This document shows, piece by piece, positions 27,962 to 37,305 of a stretch of DNA of 64,000 nt (its first letter is position 1; every line of letters starts with the position of its first letter). Where the stretch lies: NCBI GenBank assembly GCA_963700285.1, contig CAVOXA010000014.1, forward strand, positions 544,001-608,000, in the 5' to 3' direction. This DNA comes from an uncultured Chloroflexia bacterium (GTDB lineage Bacteria; Chloroflexota; Anaerolineae; JAAYZQ01). Under the pieces are notes generated by a model. The model ran no database searches and had not been told where the DNA came from. It saw nothing but the letters and a program-made list of their open reading frames with translations. The translations under genes and the position numbers were made by a program.

Positions 27962-29859
27962 CCTTCAAGCGACTGCTGATGCTTTTCGCGGCCCTCATCG
28001 TCCTGATCGCGGCCGTGGTAGGCTGGACCAACTACCAGCGGATCCGCGCAGACTATGACACCTATCGCACGCTCATACAAACCGGGATCCGTATCGCCGA
28101 TGTTCCGGCGGGTGGCCTCACGCCAGAGGAAGCCCGAGCCCAGGTAGCAGCCCAAGTAGCAGCACCATACTACCGCGACTTTTCTCTTTCCTACCTAGAT
28201 GAGACGATGACCCTATCGCCAGGTAGCGACCTGAGTCTGGACATCCCGGTTGGCGAAATGGTGGATGAAGCTGTCACTGCCAGCCATAAATATGATTACT
28301 GGGAGGGGTTCAAACTTTGGGTTCAAGACGAGACGATCCCACTGGACTTGGACGTACCCTTGCGGATGGCATTTGACGAAGCAGCCGCTGCCCGTTACCT
28401 GGACGGGGTGGCCGGTAGACTGGACATTGCCGCCGTCGAACCGATGTTAGATGTACAAACCTCGACCTTCATACCCGGCCGGGAAGGCCGCCGCCTGGAA
28501 ATTGGTACTTCTGCGGCGAGGATCAACGAACGTGTGCCCAATCCCGAGCAGCGAGCAGTCACCTTGGATGTGAGCATCATTGAGCCGGACCAAAGCAGCG
28601 CGCGTATCGAGTCGATGCTGAGCACACTGGTCCCCGTGATGGAGCGCGCGCCAACGCCCCCCAGCTTTTACACCGCCACGATCCCCCTGAGTACCACCGG
28701 AGGGCTGGCTGCCACACCCATGGTCAGCTATACGGGCGATCTGACTTGGACCTACCCCCACTTTATCAGCTATACCGGGCACCTAAGCTCGACCTACGGT
28801 TACTTTTTTGAGCCCGGGGAAGCCGGATTCACATTCGAGGCAGACAAAGCGACCAGCCAGGTCAAGATGGCGCTGCAGGCGGGGGTACTGGAACCGATCA
28901 CTTTTGAACCCGACCTCGTACCACCGCCACCCATCACCACTGGACTCCTCATACCCCCCTTGGAGCAACGGTTGGCCCAGTTTCCGGGTGTCACCAGCAT
29001 TCTGGTCAAGGACCTCGACACCGGCAAGGTGGTCTACGAGTCCAACTCCGATTATGTCTTGTCGGGCATGAGCATTGTCAAGATTGGCATCATGGTGGAG
29101 GTCTACCGCCACTTTGGCGGCAGTGTTGACGAAGCGACTTACCTGGAATTGCTCAACATGCTGGGCAGCGAATCGTGCAACCCCTGTGCTAACAGGCTGC
29201 TGGCCGCTGTAGGTGGCGGCTCGGAGAATGCGGGTGCAGACAGAGTTACTGCATCCATGCGCCAGCTTGGGCTGGAGAGCTTTTACCTTTGCGCTCCCTT
29301 CCGGCTCGTCAAGCTAAGGGACAACGCGGGCCAACTCGTGTGGACGGCAACCACCGAGCCCTGGTTGGTACAGACAGAGATCCCAGGCTACGACCGCTGC
29401 GTTAGAACAACACCCCGAGAAATGGCAGCCCTGGTTGAAATGATCTACGAGTGCACAGAAGACCGGGGAAGACTGCGGGAAACCTGGCCCGAGATTGCAC
29501 CGCAGGCCTGCCAGCAGATGATCGACATCATGGCAGCCAATGACCTGCGTAATATGTTGGGTGCCGGCATCCCTGATGAGGTTACAATGGCCCACAAGCA
29601 TGGTTTCTCGGGCTATGACGTCCCCTGGGGCGATACACGGGGTGAGGTAGGCATCGTATTCTCGCCGGGGGCCGACTGGCTCATCAGTTTCTACATCTGG
29701 GAGGACACCCCCTGGATCAACTGGGGCATCAACCAGCCACTATACCGCGACGTGAGCAACATGATCTACAACTATTTTAATCCAGATGCCCCCTTCTGGC
29801 CTCTCCCCCCCTGGGTACAGCCGCCAGAGGAGGAACAAACGAGCGACAGCGACACATAG
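27958..29859 (+). CDS. membrane-anchored class A beta-lactamase-like serine hydrolase with N-terminal VanW/PG_binding_4-like region
   Basis: ATG 27958 overlaps the upstream stop. TM; GIRIADVPAGGLTPEEA; SIVK (SxxK), SCN (SxN), HKHG (KTG-like). Confidence 0.8.
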   Translation: MTFKRLLMLFAALIVLIAAVVGWTNYQRIRADYDTYRTLIQTGIRIADVPAGGLTPEEARAQVAAQVAAPYYRDFSLSYLDETMTLSPGSDLSLDIPVGEMVDEAVTASHKYDYWEGFKLWVQDETIPLDLDVPLRMAFDEAAAARYLDGVAGRLDIAAVEPMLDVQTSTFIPGREGRRLEIGTSAARINERVPNPEQRAVTLDVSIIEPDQSSARIESMLSTLVPVMERAPTPPSFYTATIPLSTTGGLAATPMVSYTGDLTWTYPHFISYTGHLSSTYGYFFEPGEAGFTFEADKATSQVKMALQAGVLEPITFEPDLVPPPPITTGLLIPPLEQRLAQFPGVTSILVKDLDTGKVVYESNSDYVLSGMSIVKIGIMVEVYRHFGGSVDEATYLELLNMLGSESCNPCANRLLAAVGGGSENAGADRVTASMRQLGLESFYLCAPFRLVKLRDNAGQLVWTATTEPWLVQTEIPGYDRCVRTTPREMAALVEMIYECTEDRGRLRETWPEIAPQACQQMIDIMAANDLRNMLGAGIPDEVTMAHKHGFSGYDVPWGDTRGEVGIVFSPGADWLISFYIWEDTPWINWGINQPLYRDVSNMIYNYFNPDAPFWPLPPWVQPPEEEQTSDSDT

Positions 29860-29928
29860 CCTCTCTGTCATCCAGGCATGAGACTCTGGGAGGTGGCCGT
29901 CCGGACCTTTGGTTGGCGTCTTGGTCAT

Positions 29929-30396
29929 CTATTCCTTGAACAGGACCAGGATTTCGTCGCCTGCGACCACGGTTCCGCTCTCCAGCACGGCGCAAAAGAC
30001 CCCTTCCGTGGGCAACAGGGAATGTCCCTGGAAGCTGTAGGTATGCGCGATGCCGAGCGGCTTGCCTAGTTGCTCAACTTCCAACAGAATCTGCTCGCCA
30101 ATCCGGAGCCGATCCCCTATCTTGAGGCGGGATAGATCAAGCCCCTGGGAAGTCAGGTTCTCAGCAAAACTGCCTGGTAGGGCATCGAGTCCAAACTCTC
30201 GATTCAGCCGGGCAACGCTCTCCCAGGCCAGCAGGCTAATCTGCCATCGATTGGGCTGGCGTGGGCCGGCATGGCTGTCGCCCACCAGTCCCCAATCAGC
30301 ACGAAGCTCACCCTTGCCCACGTTCCTCTTGGGTTCGGGCCGCCGCTGGCTTGTGCAGACCGCCATCACCCAGGCACTCTCTGTCATCTCTACCAT
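29929..30396 (-). CDS. MOSC domain protein
   Basis: VMAVCTS, GLVGDSHAG, QISLL, PGSFAENL, GVFCAVLESG. The start could instead be 30387. Confidence 0.85.
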   Translation of the reverse strand: MVEMTESAWVMAVCTSQRRPEPKRNVGKGELRADWGLVGDSHAGPRQPNRWQISLLAWESVARLNREFGLDALPGSFAENLTSQGLDLSRLKIGDRLRIGEQILLEVEQLGKPLGIAHTYSFQGHSLLPTEGVFCAVLESGTVVAGDEILVLFKE

Positions 30397-30412
30397 TCCC
30401 ACTGGCCCTGAC

Positions 30413-30655
30413 TCACCGATCTTGACAGCAGGGGCCTCCATCCGAGCAAGGGGGTGAATCGCAGCGATCCTGCTGTCCGCAGCAGGTGTGCCCTGCGGGA
30501 CGACTGGCACGGCCAGTATGCACATTCGGCACGGAAAAGACCTTGTCGGTCAAGGGATTGCCGCAATCTGGACAAAGGGGCTGGGCAGCGCTTGAGCGCA
30601 CCAGAACCGCTACTTTGTCATCGCAAGCACCACAATGATACTCATAGATTGGCAT
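30413..30655 (-). CDS. FmdB-family zinc-ribbon protein with Cys-rich tail
   Basis: MPIYEYHCGAC...CPDCG; GGAGG RBS. Confidence 0.9.
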   Translation of the reverse strand: MPIYEYHCGACDDKVAVLVRSSAAQPLCPDCGNPLTDKVFSVPNVHTGRASRPAGHTCCGQQDRCDSPPCSDGGPCCQDR

Positions 30656-30787
30656 AGGACCTCCTCTCGTCACTACGGCACGCGATGCTGCTACTATCAC
30701 AGGTTCGAGATTCAATTCGAAGCGTCAAGGTTGCCTGCAACGATCGTGCTCGGAGCAAGCTCTGCCTGCTGTGATCTTGCGCGGCGC

Positions 30788-31903
30788 TCAAGGGCGTAAA
30801 CAAAGTCCCTCGGGATCGTAGGGTGAGCGCTGGCCAACAGTGGCCGGGTGAGCCTTCCCACTTTGGTCATGGACCACAACCTCTGTGCCTGCCGCTGCCA
30901 GGGAGACAGGAAGGTAGGCCAAGGCCAGGGCCGTGCCCAGCGTATAACCGTACGCAGCGCTCGTCACCGCACCAACCTGCTCATCATTCTGCCGTATCCG
31001 ATCCCCACCAGCCGGTACGTAGCCATCTGCAACCGCCAATAGGACCAGCTTCTCTTTGAAGCCAGCCTGCTTGCGCCGTACGAGGGCATCCCGCCCGATA
31101 AAGTCGCCCTTGTCCAGTTTCACCGTCCAACCCAGCCCCAGCTCATAGGGCGTCCGCCCGCCAGCAAAATCGAAGCGCATAATATAGCCCTTTTCCATGC
31201 GCAGGCTGAAGGCGGCGATCATGCCGCAGGGGGCCAAGCCGTACTTTTCGCCAGCCTCCATCAAAGCCCCCCAAAAGTCATGGGCATGCTCGACCGGAAC
31301 CAGGATCTCGTACCCCAACTCACCCGTATAGCCGGTACGCGAGATGAGCGCTCGGATGCCGGCGACCTGGGCCGGCACAGCCCACATGTACTGCAGGCCA
31401 GCCAGGTCCGCGTCGCTCAACTCACCCAAAAGATCCCTGGAACTTGGCCCCTGAAGGGCAACCAAGCACACACCCGGAGATGCATCAAATACCCAGGCAT
31501 TCAGGCCTTTGCTGTATTCTCGCAACAGATCCAGTTCGGGCCGCTCGCCGGCTGCATTGCTACCCCAAGCCGTCATGAGCATGTAGCGCTGTTCCGCCAG
31601 GCGGTAGACGGTGATATCAGACATCATGCCACCGTCCTCGTTGAGGATGCTCGTGTACAGGACGCGGTTCACGGGCATCCTGGAGGCGTCGTTGACGATC
31701 AGCTTCTGAACAACGGCCAGGGCATCCGGCCCAACGATCTCAAACTCGCCAGTGGTGGACCAATCCAGCAAGCCGACCCGCTCGCGAACGGCCCGGTGTT
31801 CCTCCGCAGCTGAGGTAAACTCGTTGGGCACCTCCCAGCCTTGAATCCCAACGAGGGATGGTCCAAGTTGTGCGATCTCGCTGAAAAAAGGTGATCGTTT
31901 CAT
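30788..31903 (-). CDS. gcvT: GcvT-family aminomethyltransferase
   Basis: EHRAVRERVGLLD, ALQGPSS, SRTGYTGELGYE, SLRMEKGY, KGDFIGRDAL. No gcvH or gcvP nearby. Confidence 0.8.
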   Translation of the reverse strand: MKRSPFFSEIAQLGPSLVGIQGWEVPNEFTSAAEEHRAVRERVGLLDWSTTGEFEIVGPDALAVVQKLIVNDASRMPVNRVLYTSILNEDGGMMSDITVYRLAEQRYMLMTAWGSNAAGERPELDLLREYSKGLNAWVFDASPGVCLVALQGPSSRDLLGELSDADLAGLQYMWAVPAQVAGIRALISRTGYTGELGYEILVPVEHAHDFWGALMEAGEKYGLAPCGMIAAFSLRMEKGYIMRFDFAGGRTPYELGLGWTVKLDKGDFIGRDALVRRKQAGFKEKLVLLAVADGYVPAGGDRIRQNDEQVGAVTSAAYGYTLGTALALAYLPVSLAAAGTEVVVHDQSGKAHPATVGQRSPYDPEGLCLRP

Positions 31904-31992
31904 GGCTGATTCTCCCGGCTTCTCCGCTTGTTTCCTTTTCCGTGACTAATTGGCGATTGATGCCCATCACGGTCCAATGGCGGACAGTGCAG

Positions 31993-32022
31993 ATTATAGC
32001 ACACACCCTGGCATCATGTCAA
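31993..32022 (-). promoter_or_regulatory. sigma70-type promoter of gcvT-like gene
   Basis: Minus strand TTGACA-N18-TATAAT with extended TG. Confidence 0.7.
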
Positions 32023-32214
32023 TTGACGTTTAAATTTTGTACTCTACTTTGATTCCCGCCGTACCCTACCCTCACGGCGGCCCAAGCGAGAATCACAGCT
32101 CCTGCGTTGTGAATTGAGGAACGCGGCTCGTGGAGCATTATCCGGCCTCAACTACCCTCGAGACGATAGCCACGACTCCAGATACGATTGCCCTGTTGGA
32201 AAACCGGCATCAGG

Positions 32215-32243
32215 TGGACAACGCAATCTGCTTGTGGTATACT
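32215..32243 (+). promoter_or_regulatory. sigma70-type promoter of the paired membrane-protein genes
   Basis: TGGACA-N17-TATACT with extended TG. It supports a start at GTG 32305. Confidence 0.55.
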
Positions 32244-32304
32244 GGCTCTGGTGGGTCGTCTGGAAACAGCTGTGGTGAAGAGCTCATGTGACTGGGGGCG
32301 AGGC

Positions 32305-34770
32305 GTGCAGATCAAGACCAGTCTACGGGTGCAGCAGGTCCTTGTTATGGGCTGTGGCCTGTTGGCCATGGCGCTCATCACCGGCAGTCTCGGCAACTTG
32401 AGCGGAATGCTCAACGGGGCACTGGCAGCCGGCAGCCTGCTGGCAGTGGCCCTGCTTGTCCCCTGGCGACGACGGGACATCCCACTCTGGCAGTTGGCGA
32501 TGGCGCTGGCGATCATGACCATCTCTCTGCCCATCACCGCCAGGGGCGGCGTTGTTGGGTTGATGGCAGCTTCCCTATTTTTCTTCGCCCTCTCCCTGGC
32601 AACCTCGGAAAAAAACTCTAGCATGGCAGATACGCTGATCCCCGCGGCCTTGCTCTTTGGCTCCTATTGGATCGCTGTCGAATATGTGCCCCTTGCCTGG
32701 CACAGCCAGCAAGCGCTGGCCATCAGCTTTTCCTGGCTCGCGGGATCCGGACTGAGACTCGGGCCCACGGCACTGGGCCTGCCGCTCCTGGTGCTATTCA
32801 CCTGCTACGCCCTGAGCGTTTTCCTCCTTTCCCTCCACCGGGAACCGCTACCCGGAACCGCGGGAGAAACCGGCGACCAAAGAAGGATCTGGCGCAGGTT
32901 GGGCGATCTGTTTGCATGGCTGCTGGCCCTGTTGCTGGCGGCCGTAGCCTACCTTTGGCTGCAGCCGCGCCTGGGAACCCTGGTACACGGCCTATGGCCT
33001 GCCTCCATTACCGCCTCGCCGGTACCGAGCAGCGCGCCTGACCTGACCTACCTAGCGTGGCTGCCGCTCCTGTTCCTGTTGCTGTGGCTGGTGTCTGCAC
33101 TGGCCAGCTTGTCCATGCGTCCAGCTCCACTGCGGCTGGGCCCACGGCCAGGAGCGGCCGGGTGGCTAGCCGCCGGACTGGCGCTGCTGGGCCTGGCAGC
33201 GGCCGTACTGACCCTCGAGCCCCCCTACCAGACGCGACGCGGAACCATTCTGTTCTACGATACCGGGCACCTGGAGTGGGGTCGCCCGGCCTTTGGCCAG
33301 TACGGCCCCCACAGCGGTGGCACCTTTGGTCTGTGGCCTGACTATCTGGCCGCTTTTGGCTATACGTCAAAGAGCGGCCTTTTGACGGCGCAAAACCTGG
33401 CGGAAGCCCAAGCCATAGTCCTGATCAACCTTCCCCAGAACCTCACAGACGGCGAAAAGGAGCGGCTACTGGCTTATGTAGCGTCTGGTGGCGCCCTCAT
33501 CATCTGGGGCGAGCATACCGGCGTGGGCCGCATCCGCGAGCCCATCAATGATCTGCTGGCTGGCCTGCCGGGCGCCCCCATCCACCTGCGCTTCGATTCA
33601 GCGGTACCTGTACGACAGGGTTGGGCGGAGGGGCTGGCGCTGCGGCCCCACCCGGCGACCCAGGGCATCCAGAACCCCATCGACCTGGTCATGGCCGTGG
33701 GTGCCTCGCTGCGCATCGAACCGCCGGCTGTGCCGCTCATCGTCGGGCGCTTTGGGCACTCGGACATGGGCGATGGCGGCAACCGCGCCCGCAACTATGT
33801 GGGTGACATGCGCTACAATCGTGGCGAGCAGCTGGGCGACGTTGTGCTGGGCGCCCAGCTTGCCTACGGCAGCGGACAGATCGTCGTGCTGGGCGATACG
33901 ACCCCCTTGGGCAGCGTCAATCTTATGACAGCCATGCCCTTTCACGCCCGCCTGCTCGACTGGGCCACGGCAGAGCGATCAGAAACCTGGGCTCTTTTTC
34001 TGCACAATGGCTGGCTGGCAGCTCTGCTGTTCGCCGGGGCCGCAGCTTGTTTGGTGGCCGGCAGGAGCCGGTTCGCCCTGGTCGCGGCGGCTCTGATATT
34101 GGGCTTGACCCTGACGCTGACGGGGAGGATCAATGCGGCCCAGAGTGCGCCAGTGAAGCCCCAGGGCGGCATCGCCTACGTCGATGTCTCCCACCAGGAG
34201 AGGTTCGACCGCTTGTTGTGGGAGACAACCTCCATCGGCGGGCTCAACTACAACCTGGCCCGAAACGGCGCCCTGCCATTGTTGCTCCACAAGATCGATA
34301 CTGACGCCCTGGACAGGGCAGACCTGCTGGTGGTCATTGCCCCAGGCGGCCGCTTTTCGGCGCAAGAGGTAGAGACCATCAACAGGTGGGTGAAGAAGGG
34401 CGGACAGCTTCTGGTATCGGCTGGCTTTGAGGAAAGTGAGGCCAGCGAGGCGCTGCTGGCGTCATTTGGCCTGGCGATCGGGCACATTCCGCTGGGGCCG
34501 GTCGAGTTGGAACGCGAGGCCGGTCCGGTCCGTTTCCACGAAGCCTGGCCTGTGAACGCCACGGACGAAGCAGCTCAGCCGATTGTGGAGGGCTATGGCT
34601 ACCCGCTGGCCGTCTACCAGCCGTGGGGAAGAGGAGGTGTGGTGCTCATCGGGGACTCGGCCTTCCTGCTCGGGGGAAGCCTGGAGGACCAATATTCGTA
34701 CCAGGAGGGAAACATCCTGCTATTGCGCGATATTCTGACCGACTACCTCGCAGTCGGAGACGCACCATGA
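32305..34770 (+). CDS. large polytopic membrane protein with two GATase-like (DUF4350/GldG-type) domains
   Basis: About 10 N-terminal TMs; AIVLINLP...LLAYVASGGALIIWGEHT...GQIVVLGDT; two TMs; LLVVIAP...RWVKKGGQLLV...GGVVLIGDS. Confidence 0.75.
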   Translation: MQIKTSLRVQQVLVMGCGLLAMALITGSLGNLSGMLNGALAAGSLLAVALLVPWRRRDIPLWQLAMALAIMTISLPITARGGVVGLMAASLFFFALSLATSEKNSSMADTLIPAALLFGSYWIAVEYVPLAWHSQQALAISFSWLAGSGLRLGPTALGLPLLVLFTCYALSVFLLSLHREPLPGTAGETGDQRRIWRRLGDLFAWLLALLLAAVAYLWLQPRLGTLVHGLWPASITASPVPSSAPDLTYLAWLPLLFLLLWLVSALASLSMRPAPLRLGPRPGAAGWLAAGLALLGLAAAVLTLEPPYQTRRGTILFYDTGHLEWGRPAFGQYGPHSGGTFGLWPDYLAAFGYTSKSGLLTAQNLAEAQAIVLINLPQNLTDGEKERLLAYVASGGALIIWGEHTGVGRIREPINDLLAGLPGAPIHLRFDSAVPVRQGWAEGLALRPHPATQGIQNPIDLVMAVGASLRIEPPAVPLIVGRFGHSDMGDGGNRARNYVGDMRYNRGEQLGDVVLGAQLAYGSGQIVVLGDTTPLGSVNLMTAMPFHARLLDWATAERSETWALFLHNGWLAALLFAGAAACLVAGRSRFALVAAALILGLTLTLTGRINAAQSAPVKPQGGIAYVDVSHQERFDRLLWETTSIGGLNYNLARNGALPLLLHKIDTDALDRADLLVVIAPGGRFSAQEVETINRWVKKGGQLLVSAGFEESEASEALLASFGLAIGHIPLGPVELEREAGPVRFHEAWPVNATDEAAQPIVEGYGYPLAVYQPWGRGGVVLIGDSAFLLGGSLEDQYSYQEGNILLLRDILTDYLAVGDAP

Positions 34771-37295
34771 ACTCTGTCCTGGCCTGGTTGAGCGTCTGGT
34801 CGCTGGCAACAGGCTGGCTGCTGCTTACCGGTTTTTTCCTGCCCCCCGATGGCAGGGGATGGGTCTTTGCGGGCTTTGGGATCCTGCTGGCAGTCTTGGC
34901 TGCGCGTAACACGCGCTGGCGGCGGGTCGATCCCTGGTTCTGCATTCTGGCGCCACCATTGGGGATTGCGTCCATCCTCTGGCCCTTCCCCTACCAGGCC
35001 GGTCCGCTGCTGGTTCTGGCTGGGTTGTTGGTCTCCCTGGGCCTGCGCCGCGCGCGTTGGCTCACCCCGCTCTGTCTGGGTCTATGCCTGACCGGCGCGG
35101 TGTGGATCGCTCAGGGCGGCGCTGTAGTGGCCTATTGGTGGTTGGGAGCCCGATACCACGAAGCCAATGCCCTCACGCCTGTGCTGTACTGGCTGAGCAG
35201 GGCTCTGGGCTGGACGGTGGGCAGCAGCCAGGGCAGTCTCTTCCTGCCCCACATCGAGGGCATGGTCCGGGCCACCACGACCTGGGAGCGCCTGGGCGCA
35301 CTGCCAGCCATGCTGTTGGGCGCTGGGGGTCTGATGCTTTTGCCACAGCTACTGCGGCGGTCAGCCCGCGATCTCTTGTTTCGGTTGTTCGCGGCTGGCA
35401 TCCTGGGAACCGGCTACCTGCTGCTCCGTTACCTGGTTCTGACCGCAATGGTAGCCATCAACAACAACCCCACGCTCTTCTGGCTGCCTCTGTCGATGGC
35501 CCTTACCTTCCTGCCCCTGGGCCTGCTGCTGGCCAGGGCGCTGCCCCTGCGTCCTGCTGTATCCGAGCCCGCTGCCCCTGACCGGCGCGATGCCGGCGGG
35601 CGTTACGTGGCTCTGGCGGGCCTGGCCTTCCTGAGCGGCATATCTGTCATCGCGTTGCTCACCTTCCCGGATCCGGGCAGACCAAAGGCGGGCCGGGTAC
35701 TCTTGGACGAGTACAATAGCAACTGGGAGTGGACTACCCAGGCCCTCGACACCGAGTGGTACGGCCAAAAGTCGGGCTACAACTACTACAGCCTGGGCCA
35801 GTGGCTCAGGTACTATTACCAGGTGGACACCAATTTCCGGCCGCGAACTCCAGAGATGTTGAGGAACTATGACGTGTTGGTCATCAAGACGCCGACAGCG
35901 CCCTTTGCCCCGGAAGAGATTGAGGCCATCACGGCCTGGGTTGGGGCCGGCGGCGGGCTCTTTCTCATCGGCGATCACACGAACGTGTTTGGCACCAGTT
36001 CCTACCTCAACCCCCTGGCTCGGCGCTTTGGGCTGCGCTTTCGCTACGATTCGACCTACGACCTGCCCACGCTGCGCGTGACCCAGTACGAGCGCCCTGA
36101 ACTGCTGGCCCATCCCGCCGTGCTGGAACTGCCGCCCTTTCTTTTCGCCACTTCCAGCACCCTTGAAGCGCCGCTTCTGGCTGGCAACGTGATGGTCGGA
36201 TATGGACTGCGAGCCCTGCCGGTCGACTATTCCAAGCGGGTGTTCTTTCCCGATAAGGAAAAGGAACAGGACTATCCCTTTGGCCTGTTCCTACAGTCGG
36301 CCAGCGTTCGCCACGGTCGAGGCCGGGTGGTAGCCTTTACCGACAGCACCGTCTTTTCCAACTTTACGATGTTTCTGGGCGGCAAACCCGAGTTCTTTTT
36401 GGGGGTGATGAACTGGCTCAACTACGCTGAACGCTGGCCCTGGCTGGACAGCGTTCTGGTAGCCCTGGCCCTGCTGACAGGTATTGGCGCTGTTGTCCTG
36501 GCGGGAACCCTGAACCGGCGGCGGGCCAGCATCGTGATTGGGGCCGTGCTGCTTCTTGCTGCAGCAATTGGACCCTGGGCCAGCCTGCAAGTGGCCGAGG
36601 CCAGATACCGTCTGCCGGATCCTCACAGGCAACCGATCAGTATTGCCTTTGAGGCCGAACACTCGCGCCTCCTGCTGCCCACCACTCCCGCCAGCGGGCC
36701 ACCAGAGGCCAGTTTCCAGACATTCTACGTCTGGACGCAGCGCCTGGGCTATGTACCTACCTTTGCCCCCACACTGGAAGAGGCGTTGAGAGCAGCCCAG
36801 GTCCTGGTCGTGATCGATCCCTTCAGGCCCTTTGATCCAACCGAGATTGAGGCCGTCAAGCAATTCATATACGACGGAGGGCGACTCCTCATGCTGGCAG
36901 AGCCCTCGGGCGAAGGTCCGCCGCCTATGGCAGGCGCCGATCTGCTGGCCCCCTTTGGGCTGGGCCTGGACGCACGCCGGCCAACGACGGGAGAGATCTA
37001 CAACACGGCTGGGGAGCGGCAGGGGCAGGTATTTGTGACGGGTGTAGTGAGCGGTGGAGAACCACTGCTCACGCTGGGCGGCCAGGCCCCAGTGGCAGCG
37101 GCGGCGCGCTACGGCGATGGACTGGTGGTCGCTGCCGCCTTTGCCCGGCCCTTTAGCGATGGGGAAATGGGCAGTACGGCAGTGGTTCCCAACGACCACC
37201 AGCGTTTTCTGTACGAGGTCGAGTTTTGGCTTCTACGTGGATTGGTGAGCGGCGAGTTCCCGCCACTGCGCAGGCCGGCCGGCGGTAGCCGGTGA
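34767..37295 (+). CDS. paralogous polytopic membrane protein with exosortase-like TM segment and two GATase-like (DUF4350/GldG-type) domains
   Basis: ATG 34767 overlaps the upstream TGA. YDVLVIKTP...WVGAGGGLFLIGDHT...GRVVAFTDS; QFIYDGGRLLML. Confidence 0.75.
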   Translation: MNSVLAWLSVWSLATGWLLLTGFFLPPDGRGWVFAGFGILLAVLAARNTRWRRVDPWFCILAPPLGIASILWPFPYQAGPLLVLAGLLVSLGLRRARWLTPLCLGLCLTGAVWIAQGGAVVAYWWLGARYHEANALTPVLYWLSRALGWTVGSSQGSLFLPHIEGMVRATTTWERLGALPAMLLGAGGLMLLPQLLRRSARDLLFRLFAAGILGTGYLLLRYLVLTAMVAINNNPTLFWLPLSMALTFLPLGLLLARALPLRPAVSEPAAPDRRDAGGRYVALAGLAFLSGISVIALLTFPDPGRPKAGRVLLDEYNSNWEWTTQALDTEWYGQKSGYNYYSLGQWLRYYYQVDTNFRPRTPEMLRNYDVLVIKTPTAPFAPEEIEAITAWVGAGGGLFLIGDHTNVFGTSSYLNPLARRFGLRFRYDSTYDLPTLRVTQYERPELLAHPAVLELPPFLFATSSTLEAPLLAGNVMVGYGLRALPVDYSKRVFFPDKEKEQDYPFGLFLQSASVRHGRGRVVAFTDSTVFSNFTMFLGGKPEFFLGVMNWLNYAERWPWLDSVLVALALLTGIGAVVLAGTLNRRRASIVIGAVLLLAAAIGPWASLQVAEARYRLPDPHRQPISIAFEAEHSRLLLPTTPASGPPEASFQTFYVWTQRLGYVPTFAPTLEEALRAAQVLVVIDPFRPFDPTEIEAVKQFIYDGGRLLMLAEPSGEGPPPMAGADLLAPFGLGLDARRPTTGEIYNTAGERQGQVFVTGVVSGGEPLLTLGGQAPVAAAARYGDGLVVAAAFARPFSDGEMGSTAVVPNDHQRFLYEVEFWLLRGLVSGEFPPLRRPAGGSR

Positions 37296-37305
37296 ACCCG
37301 GGGTG

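Noticed and set aside
27958-29859. Antibiotic-resistance beta-lactamase
   Set aside because: It is membrane-anchored with a long N-terminal region and variant SCN/KHG motifs, and lies in an envelope operon. It is more likely a PBP-like hydrolase.
31904-31992. Glycine riboswitch upstream of gcvT-like gene
   Set aside because: The promoter is only about 90 nt from the start, and no complete aptamer (GGAGA...CCGAAG...CTCTCAGG) is visible.
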